From the NCBI GenBank assembly GCA_002633005.1, contig NMRA01000096.1:761691-825690 (forward strand): DNA of 64,000 bases, written 5' to 3'. The stretch is from Phoronis australis. Its lineage: Eukaryota > Animalia > Phoronida. How positions within the stretch are numbered: position 1 is the stretch's first letter; each line of letters opens with the position of its first letter. The notes below the pieces were generated by a model. That model was given only the letters and a program-made list of their open reading frames with translations, had not been told where the DNA came from and did no database searches. Shown in pieces: positions 24,701 to 36,700 of the stretch. Position numbers and translations under genes: made by a program.

Positions 24701-27700
24701 TCTCACACTTTGCACTACTACGTGATTAAGTGGTCATAAATGCATTATCTTTATCAACAAATTTCATCAAACAATGAGCTGTTTTAGATACATTATGTCA
24801 ATAAGAAGCTGCTAAGTAGATAAAAGTCCTTGTTTTTGGGTGACTGATGAAGGAGTGTAGACAACCACTGACATTAAGCTGTTTGGTGATCAATGACATT
24901 GAAAATTTGTTTGTTTTCATTTTCTTCTTCTTGGGAAATGAATATATTGTAATGTGATATCTACAATCAGCAAATTTATGTTCAATTGTGGTCAGTTTCA
25001 CTTTAGAGTTATATCAAGCGCTACATCGCTACATTGATGGGTCATAAAATTATTGACCAACTTCAAAGTAAGATAAAATAACATTGGTTCACTTTATCCA
25101 GCCAAAAATAACACTCCTGAGTTCCATTATGAAGATAGTATTAACAAACCACCACACAAGAAGTGCTAACTTGCATCATTTCATGACTTGTTTTTTGTGA
25201 CTGCTGCAAAGATATGAAATCAAAATATTCGACACTTGCTATTGAGAGAAATGGGATGTCCTGAGGCAACAGTCAACAGTGCTCAATATACCTTTTTGTT
25301 GCTGATTTTTATTCTGTCATGAATTCCATTTGTAACCTGTTTCAACATCCTCTAGAATTGTTAACCATTTTTAGAGATCTTGGAGACTAGACCACAGAGT
25401 TCAAGCTTTAAATTATTCATTTTACCTATAATATTTGAAAGAAGACTAACCTTATCAGTTTAAGATCAAGCTTCCCATCACATTCCTCCAAACAAACCAA
25501 ATTAACATACACACAGAATCTGATACAAACAAACACTGGCAACTTCCTAAATATTGCATTTTGTTAATACAATCTCCGAGTCTTTCATGCAGACAGATAA
25601 ATTTACAGACTATAGGGGACAGTTGTCAACTTACCTGTGAATATACTGTTCGAGTTGTCCTGGTCAACAGACACTGCGAGTGTGGCGACGGAGGGGAAGA
25701 CAGACAACGTCACCAGGAAGATAAACAGAACACTAAAACCTAACACCCATACCTGAAACGAGAACACACTTCCACTGTTTTGTAACACCATTCTGCAACA
25801 TGCCAAACACTAAAGGAACATAGTAGGTTTTACGGCCAAAAAACACATTTTCAGGATATCCATTGGACAGGGTGGATATCTTGAAGTTATTAGCTTTGAC
25901 CAGAGCTATTGTGTTGTTATCACTTTATTACAAATCCTCATTGCTGGTTGTTGGCTGCCAGCCACTCACTGAAATTGAGGCTCATAAATATATCACTCAC
26001 TTAAAATACTCTATTTACAGCATCAGACGGTGACCTCTGAGGTCATGAGTTCAAATCCATTGTGAAGTTGTTCAAGAAACACCTTTTTCAATGACTGATT
26101 TTGTCTGACACTTTAAACCAACTAGCATGATGACAATCATGAGACATGGTTCTTTTCAATGGCCAGTGAAACAGGATTGGGTACGTAGTGTTCTGTCATC
26201 TGCTAATGTAAAAATTGTAGCTATTTCCCATAGAATTTACTATTAACTAGTTCAAGAACAAGAAATTACCCAGCTTGCAAATCGGAGTATTTGACAGTGA
26301 CTGGGTAACTCCTCAAAAGGTGTAACTGGAAAAGAAAAAATCTCCCAAGGGACTTCGACGATTTTAAAAATGATTTAGTAATGAACTGCTTCTTATGAAG
26401 TTTTGAATATGAAGACCTTTTTCGACAAAAGATTGCTTGAAAGCAACTTCACAATGAAAAGGTTACAAACATTGCATTAGTCAACCACCACAGCATTATA
26501 TCTGACCTCTTTGAAGACCACCAGCAGTGATGGTCCCATTCTTGTTGTCACGGTGATGCTTCCATCTTCTTCCAGACTGTCCAGGCTTTTGGCTAAGTAA
26601 ACAGAGACAACAAATGCTGAGATTATTTTGTTATTCCTCTCAAGCAAGCTATTACGGCAAGGTTTGTAAGCAATTTTCAAATTACTTTACTGATAAATGA
26701 TGAGGGGGCATACATTTCAAATAGAACTCAGAGAAAAGAATTTTGTATTTACAACATGTAAACTGGCGATTATAAATGATGAGATGAGCAGGCAAAAATT
26801 AAATTAGGACTTGCACATTTAAGCTACTTAATCATAATGGAAGAAACACCCGCAGTACCACCGAACACCAGTTGAATAACTTTAAAGAGCTTCGTACATT
26901 TGGTAAATTCGTGCATTCCAACAACTTATTCTTTTCTTCAAGAAAAAATATTCAGACATTGACACATCCTCACATGAGACACGCTGATGGGCAAAGGTCA
27001 ATATTGATAAATATAAACTAGAAGGTCACAGCAACATAGCAAAAAGGACACACATACTCATAGTGATATGACCTTGCATGTCCCACAAAATAGAGACTAG
27101 CCCATGTGACGTACAAAAAGGGGATTAGTCTCATCCCAAAACTTTGACAACAGCAAAATGTACAAGTGAATGAAAACTAATTTTTCATTATACAGTAAAC
27201 ACTGTTAGCAGCTCTGTCTCAAAGACCTTATTCTTTTCTGCATTCCAAAACAAACAATAACTTGAATGACTTTTTAGCAGATAACTCTTTAAATCAGAGA
27301 CTACAAATAGCCCACTTTTTCAGTGGAATGTTTCCACGTCAGTTTTGGCACAATTTATCACTTTCAGGGGTCCTGAATTTTGAGAACCAGTTTCGCTTGA
27401 ATATTACTCAGTGGAGAAACTGGTTCTCAAAATACAAGACCCCTGTAAGTGACTATTTCTGCAGCTTCAATATTCAACTTCCTGCTGTCCCATCAAATGC
27501 ATGACCATTACCAAAAGCAGGCACACGCCTACACTTTCTTACTTCACCATCAAAAAACTGTAATTTGGGATTAAGCCAATTATATTCAGAATACACACAA
27601 ATAAGCAGTCAATTTTGCTTTCTTGTGGGAAATGGGACGTTAAAACATGTCGATATAATAAGGTCATCTTATATATTATTAATGTTAGAAATATGGGTCT

Positions 27701-30700
27701 TGAGTAAATTCATTCTTACCAAGTTTGACCTTGGTCAAGTTGTCATCTAGAACAAATAGAAATCTCTTTGCTGCTCTCTAGTATCAAACAGAAGTTGTAC
27801 TAACATTAAGAATCCAACACAAATAGGACATCCTACACCATGAAACATACACATGAGGATTGGTGTATCAAAAATACATCTCCGACTATCAGGCATTCCA
27901 GTGATAAATAGACCAAGAGGTTATACGTTAATTATAAAATGAAGTAAATTTATTAATAAATAAGTCAGTTGTAAAACCTTTTTGGTTGAATGATTTATAC
28001 ATCATGTTCATGCTGTTACCTAATTCACTGGTCTGAATGAGGTTTAAGGGACCCTAACAAGAGTGTAGCTTTTATGCAGTTGATTGTAAGCAGTCAAAGC
28101 TTGAAGCGCCACCTTTGGGTCTATTTATCACTTCTCCTATTCACACACTTACCATGAAGATCTATGTGATGTTTTGCAAACTCCGTCTTTTTCAGGAACA
28201 AATAGGCTATCAGTGCAATGACAAGGACCAGCGTGGCTGACAGGAAGTAAGCAAGGGCGCTCATGGTGACGCTGGTTCCCACCACGATGGTGATGATGCT
28301 AGCTACAGCAGCAAATGTACCACCCATACCCTGATGGAGAGAGGGTGAGATTAGCGTGGGATAGTGGAGGGAAACGACCAGTTTGAATACTAAACATCTT
28401 GAAAGACGGTATAAAGTACAATCTCATCAATTTCAGACAAAAAAAGTTGTCAGAATTGCTTCTTTCAATTTCCAATCCTTTCAAACATTGTTTTTTCAAA
28501 ATATTGTATGGTGGTATGGTAGCTATAGTACAGAGCTTGGAACGTGGAAAAAATAATTGTCACCTAAAAACTATCAAAAATTATGTAAAACTCATTGTAG
28601 AAGTTTAAAAACAAAACTTTTACTTCAATAAAACTGTATTGGCAGCAAGATGACATATACTGAGCTAGTAAGCCCATGTGGCAGGGATATTCACATCTGT
28701 CATGTATTACTTTCAATTAGTTGCTGTCTATGCTTGTGAATCCATGTCACTAACAATAATAAATAAACAAATAAATAAATTTGTTGCACTTGTCCTGAAT
28801 TGGTGAAAGACTTACTGCAAATCACTGCACGGCAGAATCACCAATTTACAACTGACACTTAAAGAACAATATCTAATGATAGAGCGTTAAGTAATGCCAA
28901 GAACCAATCAACTACTCTGTCGCATAACTCAACTTTTGCTTGAAAACCAAGTGAACCAAGATAAATACTATGTACAAACAGTTCTTGTTAATCTACTAAT
29001 TATTTTTTTCTGCAATCAAAGATTAAGAAGCAAAATGCATCAAGCGAAAGATGTAAGAAACCCCAACCAAGAAAATTACATCACTGCAAAAATACTGCAA
29101 CAAGATATGACACAGACACTAATATCCAAAGTAATGTTGTGACTTTATTGTGTTTCGGATGTTTCTCAAAACCTTGAAAGTATTAAAAACAAGAGTTCAT
29201 TGATTTTGTGCTAGTAAAGGGTCCCAATAAACGGTGATGTTAATCCCAGTTTACATTATTGCCACTAGTCATTTGTGTAGCAGCAACACAGAAACACTGC
29301 TACAAAGTTACTGTGTTATTCTTTAATATGCAACTTCTCATCTGGCACGATACAATAGATAGAAAAGTACGAAATTGAACAGATCGAGTGTCACTAAACA
29401 CAAAATCGTTTTGTCAGGATCTCTCACTCTTCACAGTTAGACCTAATGTGCCTCTAAATCACAATGACAGAGATGCACTACAACTTGAAATGCAACTAAA
29501 TTGCGTGGCCTACAATGGACAAAACAACTTCTGTTTTACCTGCCCACCCATGAGAGCCTGAGTGTAACGGCCGGGAAAGAGGCCCGCTAAACCAAACATT
29601 CCACCTTGTAACATGGCCGAGGCAGCTGTGACGAGAAAATGGGAGAGGCACAAGACTCAGATGTGCACGCGTGTGGTAAAAAATCTAAACAACTATGTCA
29701 CTGAAGACTTTTACCAACCCTCACCAGTTGAAAATTCTCTGAAGTTTGCTAAAAAGCAAAAGTTATTGCCTTGGTGATGAAATTGCAAAAGAAAATGGAT
29801 GGGACAGGGTTCAACACAACCAGTAGAGCAATCACAGGGGGGTGGTTTCAAAGATTTATTAAAGTGATCTATAATTGTGATTAACCTCCACGCATGCAAA
29901 TCTGAATGAAATGCCTCTTAAACAGGCAGCTGCCGAAAAGAACACATGAAAATAGGGAAAGCTCAATTCAAATGAACACCTTATTAACAGCATATTGATA
30001 GATATCAAAAGGTCATTACGCTGAAAAGATGCACTTCAAGTGATACAGGGAAGTTGTCAACATCAAACTTAAATGAACATGAAGTCAGTTGTGTTTCGTT
30101 TCGGCAGTCCACCATGATTGGACAATACAGATAATGCTTAAGTGCTGTTTCATGCAACCAGCCATGCAAAGCTACCGACATCAGAGCACAGATTAATATC
30201 CATGGGGTTGGATTTGTGGATTATGCAGTAATATTATAATGCTAATCTGATAACTATTGCAACTGTTTGAAACAGAAAATGGATTACACATGGGATAAAA
30301 ATAGTGATGGCATTTATTTTAAAACCGGACATGTCATCACATAGTAGATGCAAAGAGCACCAGCCAATCGTACGCAAGAATTTGGAGTGATATGCCAGAA
30401 CCACTGAGCCATCAACTTGAACAACAGAACCAGAATAATGAATCACAACGTACCGCATTATACAGAGAAACAACAAATCATATAATAATATTATACGAAC
30501 TGGAAAATTGTTGTAACAAAAATTAGATGCGAGATCATCAAATGCAGCTCATGACAGAATGCAGTTCTCCCTTTATATGATGTTGTGGTTCAGGCGTATG
30601 ATTCGATGGTTCAAGTGATTTAGGCATGATGCAAAATTTGTGAGTGTGATTGTCTTTTTCATGGTAATGAAATTACTTGTCAAAAACCTAAAGTTTCAAA

Positions 30701-33700
30701 ATAGATTGTTTTTGTTTTCATAACATGAAAATATTTACAAGTTCGCAATTTGAATTATTAATTGTCTCCTGGGAATGAATAAAGACGATTTCTTTTTTAT
30801 TTTGGAACATCAAATTTGAATATTGAAAAAATTACAATTACAAGAAAAATCGAAACTGTTGACCCAATCACCCATTTGAGTGAGCAATTTAGCATTAGTG
30901 TAACTGACAAAGGCAGGCAACCACAGATCCATTAAATTTCAAAAGAATAAAAGCCAACATTTAAAAGATCCCGCAGAAAGCTTTGTTCCGTCTGCTCCCC
31001 TTGGGGCAGCCATCTTACCTGACCCGACATTAGGGCTTGCACGTATTTACTGGGAAACATGCAGGCCAAACCAACAGAAGCACCAGTCAAGATGGCTGAA
31101 CAGGCTGTCGCAATGAAGATAAAGTTTCATAAACAAAACACAAGTCATCATAGCTCAATGGAGTTGGATGCTAAATATTTAGACATTTAAAGTTGTACTT
31201 AATAAAAATCAGTTGTACATAATATTTGCATTTAAAATATCTTCAAAATATCCTTTTCTTAATTTATGTGTATACTTACCATTAATAATGACTACTGTAA
31301 CTATGGTGAATGCAAAGAAAGTAATCTGCCCTACAAATAGATAAAAACAAAATCTGTAACAATAATTAGAACATCCATTACCTGACGTGATGTGTGACAG
31401 TTAACAAGCGAATGGGAATTAATGTATTGAATGCTAATAAATTTCTCACATTTTTGCATTTTTTATCATGAGATCTTAACAACCTTGCTCGTGTTTGTGT
31501 TAATGAAACATGACATTTAGTAACTAGTGAAGCCATCACAAGACACACAATTTGTCACATGAGTTTCTTGCCAACTGACTATTTACAGGTAAATGGAAAT
31601 AAAATCTAATAGCCAAGAATGACATTCAGTGTGAAAAATCACAAGACACTAATTGTACCCCATGATCAAGTGCTTAAAAAATCAATAAGGTAACTGAGTA
31701 CTATGAAGACAACATCTCAGCAGGTGACATTGTTTTTATGAGAAGGGCGGGGAATAACAAGTAAGAATAGCATATTTTGTTTACACAAAATCAGAACGGG
31801 GAGACAATCATAAATCACAAAGGGGAGACAACTGAGTTTGTTTCATAAAAAGTAACTTAACAATTAATTAATTAAGAAATTTGATCTTAAAATTATTTCT
31901 GAAAAATAATCAAGTCTCACTTGGGCGAAAATACAGTCTTTGAGAACATACACATGATTGCTACCAAGATAATTTCTATGAATTACTTCTTGACTGTGAT
32001 GTGATCATAATTACTTAGCTAAATCTTTATTCAGCAATTTTCTGTCTTAAGTCATCAGTCACATTCATGAAACAGACCCTTGAATTAGTCACATGACCCT
32101 TTGATGGAACTTAAGGCCTTTTCCCATTCAGTCAATTCCCCTACTATCGAAGCTTCCATGATAACCAGTGGTTAACTGCAAAGTTAAGCTTTACTGTTTC
32201 CTTCAGTGGAGTTATTGCAAGGTATATGAGTATCAGATGATCTGAACAAAGGCAATATGAAAGTATGGTGGGAACTCATTTTGCGTACGTTCAGTGAGTT
32301 TTTTGGGAATCCAACAAATAAACAAATCAACAGAAACCGAACAATTGTGCTGCCAAAATGATATTATCAGAACAAAATATTAACAAATATCAACCAGTCA
32401 CTGCCCTCTGTTGGCAAACGCAATGGCCCCTGCTGATAACTTTGATGGCATCGAAATTAAGTGTTCCCACTGTAGCAAAGTGTCAACACGTCACAGTTAA
32501 ATCCACCTCTTTACTCTGCAGTAAACTCGTGCTGTTACCTTCGATCCTAAGTGTTAAATTTTAAATTAAGTGTTTCCCATTGACCAAAAACTTTGCCAAC
32601 GCCAAAGCTTAGGAGCCAGTGGAAAAGGCGTTTGGGATAGCTACGGAGCTGACACAATGTCCACTTACAGGGGTCAGTGTTGACCAATACCAGAGTGACT
32701 GTGCCAGCAAACATAAGCAACATAATGATGAAAGAGGCCACTAGACGAACCTTGATGGGGATCCTGCAATAGAAGACGAATCCAGTAACATGGTGTCACC
32801 CAGGTGAATCCATGACTTATCAGGGGATGTTCAGTGACGAAATTCCCGTTTTGCGGAACATTCAGGATAAGGACAGAAGTTGACAGAACCGTGATTAATG
32901 TGATCGGGAAGTGAAGTTTAGTTCCCTGATTAAGAAATTCATGCCTAAAGAAAAGCATTTAAATGTGCGATCTGTAAAACACAAGGCTAATAATACGTTG
33001 AACCCTTCAGTGCTAACCGTTTTCAAAAATCTGTAGCAAACAGTCTTGTTTTCTGGAACTGACTTCATATGTTTCACAACATATAAATCCTCACATCCAT
33101 GCTGTTTACATAAACTGACCAACCAAACCTTAATTGTGACTGGTTAACGGTATCACTACATGGGGGCTTTAAGGATCACTCTGAAGACGAGAAATACCCA
33201 CGACAGCAAAGACCCGTTAATCCAGGATACAATTAAAGGTGGAAAGCAGAATGCGACTTTTTGTCAATCACTTCATTGTTAGCTGCAGAAAACATTTGAA
33301 AAATTTTCGAGCATTTACAGTGACTCATTTAGTCATTGAAAAACGACACTTTGCACAGAAACTTTGGTGAGAAATTAAAGACCTTTTATCTTCTATTCTA
33401 GACCAGAACAGGCAATACTTTCACTTACCATTTCGTAGCTAGTGTGTTGAACACATTGAACAAAATGTTAGGAATCATGGCTGCTATTGAGAAGTAGGTC
33501 TCAAATGTATTCTGGAGTTCTGTTCTGTGGGCTGGCTTGTTGTAAATGGCTGGGTCGTTGATGCTCACATTTCTGAACTTGAAGCGAAAGTACTAAAAGA
33601 GAGTTGAAGAAACATTTAATTGGCCGCCTGACAACGCCACCTATCATTTATGAAGCAAATCTCAATCAATTTGTACTTTTAAGAACTCACTTGGAACTTG

Positions 33701-36700
33701 GAGCCATGTTAAAACAGAGCAAAGTCCAAGTTGAGAAGAGTTTCGCTATCACTGTACAAATACGACAAGAAATTAAGCCAGAATTTGAGCAGAAGTCATC
33801 TTTTAGAATATTCGGAATTGAAATGATTTAGTTCTGATCCACTCGACACCTTCATTTCTAGAATACATTTTAAAGCATTCTAGATTGGGCTATTCTACAT
33901 GGGGTAATAAAACAGTTATTTTCTCAACCTGGATCATAAACCTGTATTTAGTTACACAATCCAACTGGAACAGTTGAGCAGATTTCCTAATTTTATACTG
34001 TTATGCTAAGACTAAGTGGTGCTCATTGACTCGATCCAAGGCTACCTAAGTTTCCCTGTTATCGCACTTAAAGGTCCTTTCATATTGACTTAACTCTGGT
34101 CTGAGCAAAGCGTCGACGTAAGCAGCACAGTTAAGTGGACCATTCATACTGGCTTCGATAGTAAATGAACATCCAAGTAAACAGTAGGTGACACTGTCAT
34201 TACCGAAGTTATCGCAAGGTAACGCTGCACGCTAAGATTTTTTTCAATGTGACAATTTGGGAACATTCACATGCGCTAACTGACATTAAACTTATTTTTA
34301 AATCGATTGGTTATTATTAGAGAAAAATATAAGCAGCTATTAGTGACGGCACTACCTTGTAATTGTTGACGATAACAGAGACACCTAGCGATAACTTCGA
34401 CTGGACCGAAGTTAACTGTTCATACTGCACCGCAGCATCGACACTGTGCTGTTAAATTCACCTGTTAACTGCGATGTTAACTGGTGCTGGTAACTTCAAT
34501 CCAGGACCGGAGTTAAGCTTTCATACTGACCGCAACTCCCCAAACCATCGACGCCTCATCGTTAGTATGAAAGGCCCTTAAGTTTGTATTTTGTTTTGGG
34601 TGATTTTTCACTTTACTACATACCACAAATAAGATAAAGATTTTTGTGGCAGTAGAAGACTAAAAAACACCTCAGGAACTTCTGGTTTTAATAACAATGT
34701 TTATTTTAGACCCAGAGGTGTCTATAATGAACACGTTGCATTTTTTTTCTGTGCCAGTAATATTAAAACTGATAAATCTCATGAGCAATGTAGTGGACTT
34801 TTGAAAATTGAAAAATGACAGTTTTAGCAATTGCTTATAACTTTTTCTTTGCTGAAATAATAGTTTAACACAACGGCTATGTAGCCATAATTGTATTTCA
34901 TTAGAAAACGAGTCGAACCATTCACAGACTTCCAACAGTTTTGAATGCAGATGCTTAATAACATGTGTGTAATGGTGACATACATTTGCACAGTCCAGTC
35001 TGTAATCTCTAAAGGCATGATATGATATCTAGGCTGTAAGTACCACAACAGTTTAATGGGTAAATGCACACCCAAATCATGGGCATACAACCACAGCACA
35101 TCATTATCAGCAAAGTTCAGATCATTTTCATATTAAAATAGACAACTCATGAACTGATATCTTTCTAATAATAATGAGCTATGGTGTGGGTTTAAAACTT
35201 AAAAACCAATCCAAATTTAAAAAAAGTGTTGAGGTTGATAATACAACTAAGCTGGGGACATCGCATTTCACTCAATGGGGAATTACAAAAAAAATTAAAA
35301 CCATTCATCAACAGGTACTAGAAATTCGAAACCTATTTTGGCTAATTTTTATTGTATTTATTTGGATGAAAATGATCCTCACATAGCTTTTCACGAGGAA
35401 TTCAAATTCAGAAGCCAAACAGTTGAAGAACACCACTATCAGTCCACAATACATCAATTTATTTTTACAGCAGTTAAGCCATTGCTAACATGATAATTGA
35501 TCTACACCCTGCAATAGCACCTACGGTAAAATCTCATCAATTTAGGACACAATATGGCAGAAAAGAGAAATTTTATGTTTTCATTTTTTAATAAAAGATA
35601 AGTAGCACCAAAAAAATGCTACACCATTTTAAATGCCATAGCTACCTTCAGACAATGTTTCCAGCAACTGTGGACATTCAAAACAATAATTATTAGAAGT
35701 GTTTGAAAAATGAAAAAAGAGCAATTTTGGCAATTATTTTTGTCCGAAATTGGTGAGGTTTTACCATAATAGATCAGATTCTCTGACAAGCTAAGCAGAC
35801 CTCTTGACAGTAGGAAGTGTACTAGTAAATCTACTGACCAAGTATAATGTGTTGTGAAACTGATAAGTTTCTAATGGACAATAGAATGTTAATTCTTCAA
35901 TCCGAACAGTTGTGAAACCAGGTGACTTTTATGTTTATATAGCCCTTGATCAGGATGGAGCTCGTATGTTTTTTTTGGCGTAATCAACCGCTTCATTCTA
36001 AATTCATCCTACTTTTTAACTAGGTCATTTATGACCACCTGATGTAGTGATCAATAACTTTTTAATACGGACAGTTGGAATCTGGGCTAAACATTTGAAA
36101 CTGCATAAGAGGTGTATGAATGAAACGTAAGCATCAAATGACTTTTCAAAGTGCTGGAAATGAAAAATAACTGATTGTTCTGGACATAGTCAGAACATAG
36201 TCATAGGCTTATGTTACCATTTTATGCTTATAAAAACTTACGAGGTTCTTAAAAAGACAACAGAAAACAGAGCAAGGTACCAAAGGTTAAGATGAAGATG
36301 GTGCATGTGTTTACACTATGTGTGTCACAGATGAAAAAGCCTCCATGTGTCAGAACCCAGGTCAGTGCTGCTTGTGTCTAAATTTCATCTCTCTCTCACT
36401 CACAATAGGAATGTTTAGCATGACGTCATTTTGACGTCATTATGACGTTTTGGACCCAGTGTGACGGCATGTCTTATCTTATTTCCAGGTCCAAATTGCG
36501 TCATCTACTGCCATGACATGTCATCACTAAAGATCTGAACACAACTGCAGTCTGTCACAGTATGAGAGAAGGCAGGGGTAATCAGCCTACCAGCACCACA
36601 CACTACTTTCTAAGATGGTTTAACACTTTCTCACCAGGGCTTTCTCACCAGAGCTTTGAATCAAAGTAATACACACTGTTTAACCTGGTTAAATAGACAC

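Larger units (their letters stand above)
17445..26077. repeat. Apparent tandem duplication ~17445-22265 / 22267-26077 around a single N (likely two haplotypes)
   Basis: Both blocks end in gaagttgttcaaga, with N at 22266; contain ENT exons 9-11 twice. Confidence 0.88.

Noticed and set aside
30160-30200. Possible third copy of ENT exon 6 (gctctgatgtcgg, ALMS-like, on -)
   Set aside because: Similarity is limited to about 13 nt, with no matching upstream sequence or splice sites.
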